A DNA stretch of 64,000 nucleotides from an uncultured delta proteobacterium (GCA_963708295.1 CAVPSJ010000017.1:256001-320000); one strand, 5' to 3'. Shown: positions 11,104 to 21,762, counted from the stretch's first letter. Numbers and translations: made by a program. Notes: generated by a model not told the origin, from the letters alone.

Positions 11104-11298
11104 GGGGTCGAATCTTTATCCGTAACTTTGCCTATATTTCACGAAAGTTTCCTTCTGACCTCAGGTTTTTTCCCTAAAGCGAAGAAATATCTGCGCCGCC
11201 ACCCTGTGAATTCCTGATTGGAATATATCTATTTTACGGAAATTGGTCAACCGAAACCTTCAGAATGGAAGATTCAAAGAAGCGGGCTGGTTGTTACA
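11104..11298 (-). repeat. Array repeat copy 2
   Basis: Full-length match from GGGGTCGAATC to GGGCTGGTTGTTACA. Confidence 0.95.
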
Positions 11299-11420
11299 AT
11301 TACAGAGAGCTATGAGGGCGGGGATTGCGTGTGAATAAGCCGTTTAAGCCCACCAATAAAACAGGTCAAGATTAGACGGCGCATTCTGCCCTTCATTCTC
11401 TCATCTCTAAAAATCTCTCC

Positions 11421-11948
11421 TCAATATCCCCCGGGATTGACAAGATCAATCATGACATACCCTAATCTTGGGAGATCCCTGTGCTCGAAGGGAAGAGGCA
11501 GTTTATATTTATACGGATCCGGAATCCCCGACTCGAATGTAAACGGAAAAACCGCTATGTTGCTTTCGTTACCCGTTTTGTCGAGAATGGAAACCTTTAA
11601 GGTAATGCTTGTCCACTCGCTGATATATCCAGCTTTTGAACTGTAGGTATTCCATTGAACATATCCTCGAAAGTGCTTCCGAAATTGCGGCTTGAGGTAG
11701 ATCCAATCGGTGGGGTAACGACCTTGGCCGGGCCCATCCGCCACTAAGGCGATTCTAAGCATATTTTCATCGGGATCGTCTGCCTCGATGTAAATTCTCC
11801 AGATATACCCGTAATATCCCTTCTCGACCGCAAAGGCATGGGTAATCACGGGTGCTCTCGTCTCTGATTTAGGTTGCGCCCATCCTGAAGACGCCATGAG
11901 GAGAACCAATAACAATGCACCGACAAAGTAAAGATTATTTTGATTCAT
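11421..11948 (-). CDS. Hypothetical secreted protein
   Basis: AAGGAG RBS, signal peptide, 175-aa ORF. Confidence 0.75.
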   Translation of the reverse strand: MNQNNLYFVGALLLVLLMASSGWAQPKSETRAPVITHAFAVEKGYYGYIWRIYIEADDPDENMLRIALVADGPGQGRYPTDWIYLKPQFRKHFRGYVQWNTYSSKAGYISEWTSITLKVSILDKTGNESNIAVFPFTFESGIPDPYKYKLPLPFEHRDLPRLGYVMIDLVNPGGY

Positions 11949-12131
11949 GCTCGCTCCTTAAACTAAAATTAAGAACTCAAAGTCTCAATTTCAAGGTAGT
12001 AAAAGGCGCTAAGATTGGGGGCAAACGAAGAGAGGTCGGGCTATCCATTTTGAAATAAGGCTAAGACCTTCTCCCACTCTTCACTTTGAGGTAACTCGAT
12101 TAAGTTGACGATGAGGAATGAAAATTTGCAC

Positions 12132-12161
12132 AAAAAAAGCAGAGCCAATTCTGACTCTGCT
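12132..12161 (-). terminator. Rho-independent terminator
   Basis: GCAGAG/CTCTGC stem followed by a T7 tract on the minus strand. Confidence 0.6.
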
Positions 12162-12419
12162 CTGCTCCTGCTCACTCAATCCTTAATTTAAACAAGATTT
12201 GTCTAAGTTCTTAGGTTCTATGTTTTCCCAGTCCCCCTTGCATAATCCACCATACCTTCAAAGTCAACGACAACCACGGACTCATCTCCAACCACCCAGG
12301 CGTCGTGCCCTGTCGGCAGCACGGGGACATCCACTGCTTGTACTCTATTTCGGTACCATCATCCATCCTTACCCTCAAAGTTCCGGATACGTGATACTGG
12401 AAATGAGGAAAGTGGTTCT

Positions 12420-12619
12420 GGAGTCGAATCTTTATCCTTGACTTTGCCGATATTTCACGAACATTTCCTTCTGACCCGAGGCTTTTTCCCCCTGAAAACG
12501 AAGAAATATCTGCGTTGGCGCCCTGTTGATTCTTGATTGGAGAATACAAATTTTATGAGAGTTGGTCAACCGAAACTTTCAGAAAGGAAGATTCAAAGAA
12601 CTGGGCTGTTTGTTTCACC
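12420..12619 (-). repeat. Array repeat copy 3
   Basis: Full-length consensus match. Confidence 0.95.
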
Positions 12620-12733
12620 TCGATTTCGCCAGGTATACCTTAGAACTTATTCTTGTCATCTCATCCACTTTACTCAGAGTTAAGGCTCGAGGGTAATAGT
12701 GTCAGTTAAGAGTCTGCTTAACTGTATATGCCC

Positions 12734-13885
12734 TTAAAGTTTCAAAACCTTTCTGGCGATGTTGACCCTCTGAATTTCTGAGGTCCCTTCCAGAATCTCC
12801 TCAAATTTTACCTCACGCCAGTAACGGGAGATCGGATATTCATCCATCAATCCGTATGCTCCATGGATTTGGACCCCCCTGTCAGCACATCGTTTGGCTG
12901 TCTCCGATGCAAAAATCTTTGCAAAAGTGGAAGTGGCAAAATAGTTCTCATCCTGATCTTTTTGCCAGGCAGCTTTATAAACCATCAATCTTGCTAATTC
13001 GATCTCCATCAACATGTCCGCCAACTTAAATCGAATGGCTTGAAATTCACCGATGTTTCTGCCAAATTGCTTTCTTTCCTTCGCATAAGCCAATGAAACA
13101 TCTAAGATGGCCTGAGCCAATCCCACAGAATGGGCAGCAAACCCAATTCGACTGGTCTGGAGAGCCATCAGAAATTGGGAGATTCCTTTATCGGGGTTCC
13201 CCAAAATATTTTCTTTTGGAATACGGCAGTCATCAAAAATCAGCTCCCTAGTCTCTGAGGACCGATATCCCATCTTTTTATACTTCTGCCCAAAATTGTA
13301 ACCGCCCACCCCTGTCGGGATGATGAAATTGGAAGCCTTCTTCTTTCCTTTCTCTCCCACCCCGGTCACGGCGGCAATGATTACCAGACTATTATGCCTA
13401 AGTCCTGCATTGGTGATGAATTGTTTGGTTCCGTTGATAACCCATTCATCTTCCTCCAAGACCGCTCTCGTCTGAATAGCACTGGTATCTGAACCCGCCT
13501 GAGGCTCCGTCAAACCAAATGCCCCAATCTTTTCCCCTGTGGCCAATGGCATGAGCCATTTCTTTTTCTGCTCCTCTGTTCCGAAGGTGCAGAGGAGATT
13601 CATCGCGAGCGTGACAGAATCTAAAAGGGAGTTTCCCAAGGAGGCATCTCCTCGACTGATCTCCTCGATGGCGATGATCATGGAAAGCCAATCTAATCCC
13701 CATCCTCCGCATTCCTGAGGAAAGGGAATGCCGCAAATCCCCAAATCGCCCATTTTTTTCCATACACCATAAGGGAATTGACCGGTTTTATCCAGCTCCT
13801 CTGCGATGGGCATAATTTCTTTTTTAGCAAAATTCCTGCACAAATCCTTGACCATCACTTGTTCAGCGGAAAGGTTAAAATCCAT
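12734..13885 (-). CDS. Acyl-CoA dehydrogenase
   Basis: GAFGLTEP.AGSD, INGTKQFITN, RKQFG, VQIHGAYG, ILEGTSEIQR. Confidence 0.96.
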   Translation of the reverse strand: MDFNLSAEQVMVKDLCRNFAKKEIMPIAEELDKTGQFPYGVWKKMGDLGICGIPFPQECGGWGLDWLSMIIAIEEISRGDASLGNSLLDSVTLAMNLLCTFGTEEQKKKWLMPLATGEKIGAFGLTEPQAGSDTSAIQTRAVLEEDEWVINGTKQFITNAGLRHNSLVIIAAVTGVGEKGKKKASNFIIPTGVGGYNFGQKYKKMGYRSSETRELIFDDCRIPKENILGNPDKGISQFLMALQTSRIGFAAHSVGLAQAILDVSLAYAKERKQFGRNIGEFQAIRFKLADMLMEIELARLMVYKAAWQKDQDENYFATSTFAKIFASETAKRCADRGVQIHGAYGLMDEYPISRYWREVKFEEILEGTSEIQRVNIARKVLKL

Positions 13886-14000
13886 ATGTTCTTCTCCTTA
13901 CATGGAAAATAGGTTTTGCCAAATCATTAATTCAAATCCGAGGGGATAAAATGATCGGGAGGAGTTAATGCATCCTGGGGACGGTCCTTATATTCTGATC

Positions 14001-14109
14001 GAAGCTCCCCGCCCACGGGGCGGGGCTTCCCGGCATTGTATAATATCATTCATATTGTGCCCCTTAACCCCGCCTATCCCGCAGGGAGCGGGACGGGGCA
14101 CGTTCCGGC
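14001..14109 (-). mobile_element. IS200/IS605-like miniature (PATE-type) element, copy A
   Basis: Reverse complement of the 46618-46714 element; two GC hairpins, ends GAAGCCCCGCCC..GGGCGGGGAGCTTC. Confidence 0.7.
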
Positions 14110-14168
14110 CAATGACAATTAGATACAAACTTTTTTATTGATCTCGCCATTTCCGATTATGAGTGTTA

Positions 14169-14364
14169 GAGGGCAAATCTTCATCCTTGACTTTCCCCAT
14201 ATTTCACGAACATTTCCTTCTGACCCCAGGTTTTTTCCCCTGAAAACGAAGAAATATCTACACCGCCACCCTGCGGATACTTGATGGGAATATACATATT
14301 CTATGAAAATTGGTCACCGAAACTTTCAGGAAAAGGAATAAAAGAAGCGATTTGTTTGTTACAC
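14169..14364 (-). repeat. Array repeat copy 4
   Basis: Full-length consensus match. Confidence 0.95.
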
Positions 14365-14486
14365 GTAATGTTCAACTCAGCATAGTTTGTGAAGCCAACC
14401 GCTATAAAGATGTTTTTTGACAAAGAGTTGTCGATAGGATTTGGGGTTACCCATTTGTTCCCCATTTGTTACAAGGGGTCATTTAG

Positions 14487-14909
14487 TCACTGACTCCCGT
14501 CCGTCGCTGCAAGTCTTTTTAAAATCTCTTTTATCATGCCGTTTCTGTCCTTCCGGATTTCTCCTGCAAGCCGATGAACACGTTCCGGAATTTCGAAATA
14601 TTCGTTACCCCATAAGATGATTTCAAAGAGGATAGGCATGAGATCGATCCCCTTGGGAGTTAATTGGTAAAGGTTTTTTGCCTTATTTCCGGGAAAGGCT
14701 CTTTTTTCGACGATCCCGTTCTTTTCCAGAGTGAGTAGACGATCGGCAAGGATATTCGTCGCGATCTTTTCTTCGGATTGCAAAAACTCGCCGTACGTTC
14801 TTTTTCCTTTGAACATCAGGTCCCGTATGATCAGCAGTGTCCACTTATCGCCCAAGATGTCGAGAGTGGTACTGATAGGACACGTCGATCTCCTGGTGAG
14901 TTTCTTCAT
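14487..14909 (-). CDS. HxlR-family winged-helix regulator
   Basis: RSTCPI..LDILGDKWTLLIIRDL..Y.LT.KG.DL.P. Confidence 0.92.
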   Translation of the reverse strand: MKKLTRRSTCPISTTLDILGDKWTLLIIRDLMFKGKRTYGEFLQSEEKIATNILADRLLTLEKNGIVEKRAFPGNKAKNLYQLTPKGIDLMPILFEIILWGNEYFEIPERVHRLAGEIRKDRNGMIKEILKRLAATDGSQ

Positions 14910-15056
14910 ACTTAAAGAATATACGAATTACTTGCATAAAACAAGTAGATGTTTTATATTACTTGCAATTCGCAAGTATGTCGCCGGGAGAACTCATGGT
15001 CATAAAGCCGGATATGTGCTTCAGAAAATTGATTGTCAGAAGGAGGAGTTATGGTT

Positions 15057-16094
15057 ATGGAAAACAAAATACGGGAAAAGGCTCTGAAACTTGGATACGA
15101 GGACTGCGGTATTATTAGAGTCGGCGCCTTGGCCGGTTATCGCGAAAAGCTGGAGGAGCGCATCTCGCGGATACCCATGGGAGAGAAAATATATGGGCGC
15201 TATAGGAGTTATGCGGACCCCTCGGCGGATAATCCCGAGATAAAATCCATCATCGTCGCTATCGTTCCTACCTACAGGTACAACGTGCCCGGCGAATTCG
15301 ATGGCGTCTACGGCAAGGCCTACATGTTCGATGGCAGAACGGACGAACAGGCGCCCTTTTTCAGCAAACGCAGGGAATTCTCCACGTTTCTCGAAAGCCT
15401 CGGTCTTACATGCATGTTGGGCAGCAGTTTTGGAATCCCGGCGCCAGCCCGCTGGGCAGCGTATCAGGCAGGGCTCGGCATCATCCGCCAGAATAATTTC
15501 TTCTACACCAAAAACGGGTCATATAATCACATAGAGATGTTCGCAGTAGATCGGGAGCTCGAACTCATTCGCGACGTGAAACTCAAAGAGTGCTCGAAAG
15601 ACTGCAACAAATGCATCGGAGCCTGCCCTACCCATACGCTGAGCGCACCCTATACCATGTCGATGATCGGGTGTGCTAGCTTTCAGACTTCCATCTCGGC
15701 GAATACGGGAATGGCCGTACCATCTCCTGAGATGACGGAGCAAATAGGTTGCAGGCTGTACGGCTGCGACGTTTGCCAGGACGTATGCCCCTTTAATAAG
15801 GGCAAATGGACAGGCGGTGAGGACTTCCCGGGGCTTGAGGCGCTGGCGCCGTCAATGCGCCCGGAAAGTATCATGGAGATGAGCTATGATGAGATCGGCC
15901 GCACGTTGGCTCCCAAATATTGGTACATAAAGCCGGAAAACCTCTGGAAATGGAAACTGAACGCGCTGACCGTCATGATGAATGGCTACAGCGAGAAATA
16001 TGAAGCGCCAATAAAGCTCGGGCTTGAAGACCCCAACGAAACTGTGCGCGACTTCACGCGCGGCATCTGCTCGAAGCTGGGAATATCGTTTTAA
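15057..16094 (+). CDS. QueG-like (epoxyqueuosine reductase family) 4Fe-4S dicluster protein
   Basis: AGLG.I..N, C..C..CI.ACPT and YGCD.CQDVCPFN motifs; divergent from the HxlR gene; AGGAGG RBS. Confidence 0.8.
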   Translation: MENKIREKALKLGYEDCGIIRVGALAGYREKLEERISRIPMGEKIYGRYRSYADPSADNPEIKSIIVAIVPTYRYNVPGEFDGVYGKAYMFDGRTDEQAPFFSKRREFSTFLESLGLTCMLGSSFGIPAPARWAAYQAGLGIIRQNNFFYTKNGSYNHIEMFAVDRELELIRDVKLKECSKDCNKCIGACPTHTLSAPYTMSMIGCASFQTSISANTGMAVPSPEMTEQIGCRLYGCDVCQDVCPFNKGKWTGGEDFPGLEALAPSMRPESIMEMSYDEIGRTLAPKYWYIKPENLWKWKLNALTVMMNGYSEKYEAPIKLGLEDPNETVRDFTRGICSKLGISF

Positions 16095-16155
16095 GGCGTG
16101 TATTCTTCTCTCTCCACGATCCTGTTCCGTTTTTGTATTAAACGGAAAAGGGTCC

Positions 16156-16295
16156 GGGTCGAACCTTCTTATATTTCACAACAGTCTTCTTCTGTGCGCA
16201 GGGTTTTTTCCTGAAAATGAAGAAACATTTGCACCGCCACCCTGTTGATTCTTGATTGGAATATACAAATTTTGCGAAAATTGGTCAGCCGAAAC
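16156..16295 (-). repeat. Array repeat copy 5 (degenerate, right-truncated)
   Basis: Core GCACCGCCACCCTG..GATTGGAATATAC..TTGGTCAGCCGAAAC. Confidence 0.9.
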
Positions 16296-16330
16296 AACTA
16301 AAGCTGCACGACCCTTTGCATCGTCCTGTA

Positions 16331-16978
16331 TTATTTGGTTGGTTGGACTGTTTTTGCCAAAGATATTGGAGAACCCTTCATCTGTTTCCTATCGTTACCG
16401 TCAAAATAACTTCCAGTAAGCAAATCTTGGAACATTTCCAAACGGGCCGAGTAAAAAACATGCCCCTTAGACAGAAAAACGAGATAAACTATTTTCCCTG
16501 AGACAACCCCTTTAATATCATAATCACCAATGGCTCCACTTACCTTACCTTGTTCTTGGCGTAGGTAGCCTTCGCCCCAAGTGAAGAAACCACTCCCTTG
16601 TACATCGTGCCATCTTCCAGTAACGTCTATTTCCGATGGCTTACCACCTGATATTGTATTGAGCCAAGGATCAATTTGCAGAGGGTCGGACTGCTTATTC
16701 TCTAAATCTGGCTGTACATAATATTCTCTTTTATTTATTAGCTTTCCATTCTTATCGAAAGTTATATCTACACACATTGTATATGGCTGGTAACTAAACG
16801 ATCTCCGCCCAGTAAAATAATAGTAGTAAATAGTTTTATCATCTACTATTTCTTTCTTTGCTGGTGGCCCGTACTTCTGTTCGACTCTGGCTTGGTTCCA
16901 TTCTGCACATCCCGATAAAAGACTTATCAAAATCACTGTGATAATCGCTGTCAGTCGCACTGAGAACCTTTTTTCCAT
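16331..16978 (-). CDS. Hypothetical lipoprotein
   Basis: Signal peptide with LSGC lipobox. Confidence 0.75.
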   Translation of the reverse strand: MEKRFSVRLTAIITVILISLLSGCAEWNQARVEQKYGPPAKKEIVDDKTIYYYYFTGRRSFSYQPYTMCVDITFDKNGKLINKREYYVQPDLENKQSDPLQIDPWLNTISGGKPSEIDVTGRWHDVQGSGFFTWGEGYLRQEQGKVSGAIGDYDIKGVVSGKIVYLVFLSKGHVFYSARLEMFQDLLTGSYFDGNDRKQMKGSPISLAKTVQPTK

Positions 16979-17049
16979 AAGTCACCCCCAAAAAAGCAGA
17001 AAAGATCGAGGAGGATATATTTTGTGATAAGAGGCCATTTGTACTCAAA

Positions 17050-17187
17050 GTGAAGAAAGATCGACGTCGCCACCCTGTCTGGATTGTCGATTGATGATTG
17101 TTGTTTGGAATATACAAATTCTGTAAAAATTGGTCAACCGAAACTTTCAGAATGGAAGATTCAAAGAAGTGGGCTGTTTGTTACACC
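17050..17187 (-). repeat. Array repeat copy 6 (left-truncated, heptamer-expanded)
   Basis: CGCCACCCTG..TTGGAATATAC..TGGTCAACCGAAACTTTCAG..GTGGGCTGTTTGTTACACC. Confidence 0.92.
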
Positions 17188-17245
17188 TCGTGTCTTTACT
17201 CTAAGTGGGTCAGAGAAATAGAATTCGAACCCAACCTTAATTTCT

Positions 17246-18068
17246 CTAACGCCATTCTACCGCCGGTGGATTCCTCAGTGGCATCCGCACAAACTTGAGT
17301 TTGGGGTATCCGACCATCAGGACTCCGAAGCACTTGTGACCTTCCGGTAAGTTCAGGGCTTCCACCAAAGGTGGATAAAAAATTGTTGCGGTCATCACAT
17401 ATCCCGCCCAGGTTGTCCCCAGGCCCAAAGGCAGTGCAATCAATTCTGCGTAGGCGAGGGCTAAGACGCAATCCACCTGGGCCAACCGAGCGTTTTCAGC
17501 CGCATGAGCGATAATGAGGTGCGGGGCATTGCGGCATATTGGATCTTTTCCCCCATCCCATAATGCAACCACCCGATCGAAATGAAACGTTTTAGCCAAA
17601 GCCGGGGCCTCTTTGATTGTCACACGCATCCAATCCACGACCAAGCCTGAAAGGCGCCTTACCTCTGTCTTATCCTCAATTACCAAAAAATGAACCGGTC
17701 GGGCATTGTGTGCGGACGGAGCATAGCCTGATACTTGAATGAGTTTGTTTAGCTTGTCACGTTCAACAGGGTCGTCCTTGTAATTTCGAATGGAGCGTCT
17801 TGATCGAAGAAACTGTTCAGCTTGCTCCAGATCGATGAGCAGCTCTTTCCTGATTTGAGGACAATCTTCGGGCCTCATGGTATGAAGTGCCAGTGCCCCA
17901 GAGGGACATACAGCCACACAGTGACCACAGTTGATGCATAACTCTTCGGCATCAGCTATCAGGGTTGGCACCGAGTCCTGCTTCCCCCATCTCGATCAGT
18001 CTCCGGCCACAAGCCTCCACACAGATCCCGTCCCGGTTGCACTTCTCTGGGTCAACATAAAAAAGCAT
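17246..18068 (-). CDS. Nitroreductase with N-terminal ferredoxin domain, frameshift in a G run near 17987
   Basis: MLFYVDPEKCNRDGICVEAC..CINCGHCVAVCP..RRSIRNY..APSAHN..GLGTTWAG. Confidence 0.9.
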
Positions 18069-18100
18069 TTCATCCTCCGTTTGATGCGAGTTCTTAATGG

Positions 18101-18227
18101 TGAAAACGAAGAAATATCTGCACCGCCACCCTGGGGATTCTTGATTGGAATATATCTATTTTATGAAAATGGGTCAACCGAAACTTTCAGAAAGAATGAA
18201 TCAAAGAAGCGGGCTGTTTGTAACACC
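18101..18227 (-). repeat. Array repeat copy 7 (left-truncated)
   Basis: Right two-thirds of the consensus. Confidence 0.93.
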
Positions 18228-18394
18228 ACATAGAGTGAAGATTGGTTATTAAAGGTATTGAAGATTTACAATTGGAAAAGATACTAGAATGTATACAGGG
18301 GGTGGTAAAATGGATCCAACGTGTATTCTCCGCAGTCGATGAATCTTTTGCAAAGAAGTAATCAGCGTATTGAAACGAAAATGTCCGGTATTTG

Positions 18395-18970
18395 TCAACG
18401 AAGACTGAATAGTTCTTTCATGCAGGACCAAGCTTCTGGTGAAGACCAATCCCTTTGTCCTATAATCTTTCCTACCAATATCCCTTCTTGATCGACTAGA
18501 AATATTTGAGGAACCCAACCCCTTACTCCATATTGGTCCATCGTCTTTTCCTTCAAGAGTAAGAGGACGGGAAGGGTGATCTTGTTTTGATCGATGATCT
18601 TTTGAGCGGCTGTCTTTCTTTCTCCATCAATGGTAATAAAAAGGAAAACTAACTTATCTCTTTTACCTTGGGAGAATTTTTCAAGAGCTAACAGCTCTTC
18701 TCTGCAAGATTGTCACCAGGTGGCCCAAAATACGATGAGAACAGGTTTCCCTCTAAAGTCACTAAGAGAAATTTGTTTTCCATCCAGCAACTCCTTGAGT
18801 GAAAAAGCAGGAGCTTCTTTCTTTTCCTGAGATCTCTGAACACCAAAAGAATTACAGGACGGACATTCCGGTGGAGAGGGAGAAGCAGCCCTTACGATCT
18901 GAAGGCAAGGGATGAGCATAATAGTCATTCCTATCACGATTGAAAGCGAAAGAACGATTCTTTTTTTCAT
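18395..18970 (-). CDS. TlpA/redoxin-family thiol-disulfide oxidoreductase, selenoprotein (UxxC)
   Basis: APAFSL..ISLSDFRGKPVLIVFWATW-TGA-QSC; frame stays open 105 further codons (..VPQIFLVDQEG..IIGQRDW); hairpin 13 nt after the UGA. Confidence 0.88.
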
Positions 18971-18985
18971 CTCCACCTCCCCAAA

Positions 18986-19468
18986 CTATCTCCTTCTCTT
19001 ATGAAGAGTTGCGGCTCCTTTGGCACCCCAAAGGTAAAACCATCCATCAAGTTTCGATTCACCCTCGATAATGGAACGTTTCGATTCACTTTCAACGAGG
19101 GAAAATTCAGCGAAATTCCCTCCTCGACCCCTAATAATGAGGCCACCTTTATCCGTAACGGTACCAGTATCAAAGTAGCTCTCCCACTCGCTGCCTTCGA
19201 ACCCACCCGGAAAGATATTGGCTGCCTCTCTGGGGATATTTTGAATGGATACCTTCCCTTTTAATGGAAGGGAGTTATTGTAAATGTCTAGGGTCGCCGT
19301 AGTGCGAATACGTTCCGCAAAAATGGCCGAACCTTCCCATCTCCCTTCCAAAATCGACAAATTGTTTTTTGTGAGGATTGTTGTAGTTGTTGGAACTGTG
19401 ACACACCCCGCTATAATTCCCTCCACCAAGAGTAGTAGCACAGCAATTAAACAAGGAATTGTTTTCAT
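18986..19468 (-). CDS. Hypothetical lipoprotein
   Basis: IAGC lipobox; directly upstream of the selenoprotein gene. Confidence 0.7.
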   Translation of the reverse strand: MKTIPCLIAVLLLLVEGIIAGCVTVPTTTTILTKNNLSILEGRWEGSAIFAERIRTTATLDIYNNSLPLKGKVSIQNIPREAANIFPGGFEGSEWESYFDTGTVTDKGGLIIRGRGGNFAEFSLVESESKRSIIEGESKLDGWFYLWGAKGAATLHKRRR

Positions 19469-19670
19469 ACTTATTCTCCCTCTTCTTTCAATATTGCCAT
19501 TCTACTTGCCATTGTAGTAAATCTCATAACCGATGTCCATTAGCTTTTTGTCCAATAGGAGTATCGAAGAAGATTCAAGGAAGAAACATTATGAAGAAGA
19601 ATAAATAGAGGGAGGTTGCTGGAAAATTATTACTTTACAGACGTAGTATCGCTCCGCGCAGTTATTGAAA

Positions 19671-19864
19671 GCGAATCTTTACTCTTCACTTTGCCTATAT
19701 TTCACGAAGGTTTCCTTCTGACCCCAGGCTTTCTTCCTGAAAACGAAGAAATATCTACACCGCCACCCTGCGGATTCCTGATTGGAATATATCTATTTTA
19801 TGAAAATTGGTGAACCGAAACTTTCAGAAAGAACGGGTCAAAGAGGTGGGCTGTTTGTTACACC
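19671..19864 (-). repeat. Array repeat copy 8
   Basis: Near-full consensus match. Confidence 0.95.
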
Positions 19865-19892
19865 AAAGCGATTTCTTGACTCGATCCTCCGT

Positions 19893-20399
19893 TCACCATA
19901 TGAATCTTAATCTTTCTCTCCATGTCTTTGGCAGAAGATTCCCCACAGCTTTCCAGTGACGGACCTCAGAAGGCGCGCACATCACGACCGCCGCAAAGAA
20001 TATCATTGGAAGGTCAAGGAAGATGGTTACAGAGGCCAATGTGTCTCCGAACGCTCCAAAACAACCGCAATCAACGCTACGCCCTTGTAAAAACACAATG
20101 GCCTTGGCAATGAAAAAAGATAAGCTCAGCAGGCCAATCCCCAAAGCCGATAATCGGGTTAACACTCCGAAAAGTAAACCTAATCCACACAGCAGTTCAA
20201 TGAAAGGCAAGGCCAGCCCAAAAGGACGGGCTAAATAGAAGGGCAGGATAACAAAGAAGTAAACGGCCTGCACCGAGTAACGCTCAATATCAACCATTTT
20301 CCCAAAGGCCGCTACAAGAAAAGAAACTGCCAATATCAAGCGAAAGCAGAGAACAACGGTTTTTGCGGTTTTCTTACGTGAATTTTGAATCATATTCAT
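19893..20399 (-). CDS. DoxX/MauE-family membrane protein
   Basis: R.ILA..FL.AA..K, LP.IEL..GL.L and DCGCFG motifs. Confidence 0.88.
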   Translation of the reverse strand: MNMIQNSRKKTAKTVVLCFRLILAVSFLVAAFGKMVDIERYSVQAVYFFVILPFYLARPFGLALPFIELLCGLGLLFGVLTRLSALGIGLLSLSFFIAKAIVFLQGRSVDCGCFGAFGDTLASVTIFLDLPMIFFAAVVMCAPSEVRHWKAVGNLLPKTWRERLRFIW

Positions 20400-20503
20400 C
20401 TCCTCGCCCTATTTCCTGTCGCTATTAGAAAATCAAGCGATTGGGCATCAATATTGAATTGGGAAAGAATTTGGGTATAGGTCTACACTTTTCACTGGGC
20501 TAC

Positions 20504-20705
20504 GGGATCGAATCTTTATCCTCAATTTTGCCTATATTTCACGAAAGTTTTCTTCTGAAAACAAAGAAATATTTACACCGCCACCCTGCGTTGATTGTCG
20601 ATTGCTGATCGAAGATTGTTGATTCTTGATTGGAGTATATCTATTCTATGGAAATTGGTCAACCGGAACTTTCGGAAATAAAGAGTCAAGAAGTGGGCTG
20701 TTTGG
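20504..20705 (-). repeat. Array repeat copy 9 (internal deletion plus heptamer expansion)
   Basis: Consensus ends present; six GATTxxx-like heptamers in the middle. Confidence 0.93.
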
Positions 20706-21233
20706 ACTTTCTAGTGATTCCTTTTTGGTCTTTTTCTCTTTCTGGAAAAATACCGATTCAATCATCTTTTGTGCAGCTATCACACCAGTAAAATTCATAA
20801 GCTTCCAGAGTCGCATTTTTACAGCACTAAACAGGTAAAGCATGTCATCCAAAGGAGAAGAAAGACTTCTTAGAAGATTTCTCAACTTAGTCCCATCTTC
20901 TGGAGAGATATCGACAAATTTTACCCCATACGGATAATAAGCGCCGTCCTTACTCAAATCACTATCCTTCCAAGCCACCTTAACCACCGCTTTAATTGTA
21001 TCCAATTCAGAACCTAAAGAAAAAAAGAGTTTCAAACTTAGATATTGATTTACATCCATTTCTTCGGGGAAATAAATCAGAAACCCACCCTCGCTGATAT
21101 TGCCAGTGTGAGCAATGGATGATCTGATTTGAGAATATTCTATCGGCAGATGGACATCAAACCTCGGATATCTTCTGTTCTCTGAGTCAATAGCTTCAAT
21201 CCGTGGCGTGGTATCTTGTTCCCTTGTTTCCAT
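20646..21233 (-). CDS. PilZ-domain protein; C-terminus reads into repeat copy 9
   Basis: RRYPR (RxxxR) and NISEGG (D/NxSxxG) motifs, YGVKF. Confidence 0.85.
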   Translation of the reverse strand: METREQDTTPRIEAIDSENRRYPRFDVHLPIEYSQIRSSIAHTGNISEGGFLIYFPEEMDVNQYLSLKLFFSLGSELDTIKAVVKVAWKDSDLSKDGAYYPYGVKFVDISPEDGTKLRNLLRSLSSPLDDMLYLFSAVKMRLWKLMNFTGVIAAQKMIESVFFQKEKKTKKESLESPNSPLLDSLFPKVPVDQFP

Positions 21234-21339
21234 TTGTTTTCGTCCTGTCCAAATTCGGGTTTAAGAAACTTCCTATTTGGCAGAGCACCCCCTTATTTCT
21301 CTTGTTCTCCCGATAAACTGCTCACAAATGAAGATTGTT

Positions 21340-21356
21340 CGCAATTAGTATACCAA
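21340..21356 (-). promoter_or_regulatory. sigma54 -24/-12 promoter of the PilZ gene
   Basis: Minus strand TTGGTATACTAATTGCG (GG-N10-GC). Confidence 0.6.
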
Positions 21357-21600
21357 GAATTAGGTTATATTCTTTCATTCGTACAACTACTTAGAATTAT
21401 AAGTTTTCTCTCAAAATCGGCTGCATATAGTCCAAAGGCAAGTGTATGCATTACCCTACGATGAGCTGCACAATTTCGTTCACAGAGACGGGATCAACTC
21501 CTCGGTGAAATTATGGGAGTTTCCTCAAAGAAGTGTAATTTCTGGACTGTCTTCATGGAGAGTAAGGCAAAGCCATTTAGAGGAATATAGAAAAGCATTT

Positions 21601-21762
21601 GGGGTCGAATTTCTATTCTCGACTCTGCCTATATTTCACGAAAGTTTCCCTCTGACTCCTGGCTTTCTTTCCATGAAAGCGAAGAAGTATCTGCGCCGCC
21701 ACCCTGATGATCGTTGATTGGAGTATATAAATTTTATGAAAATTGATCAATTGAAACTTTCA
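21601..21762 (-). repeat. Array repeat copy 10
   Basis: GGGGTCGAAT through GAAACTTTCA. Confidence 0.93.

Noticed and set aside
11104-11141. Tn3-family 38-bp inverted repeat because of the GGGGTC start
   Set aside because: The rest does not resemble the Tn3 IR pattern, copies are direct rather than inverted pairs, and no 5-bp duplications or tnpA are present.
15057-16094. True queG or reductive dehalogenase
   Set aside because: Only the shared Fe-S motifs are visible; there is no Tat signal or rdhB anchor, and the context is an HxlR-linked accessory gene.
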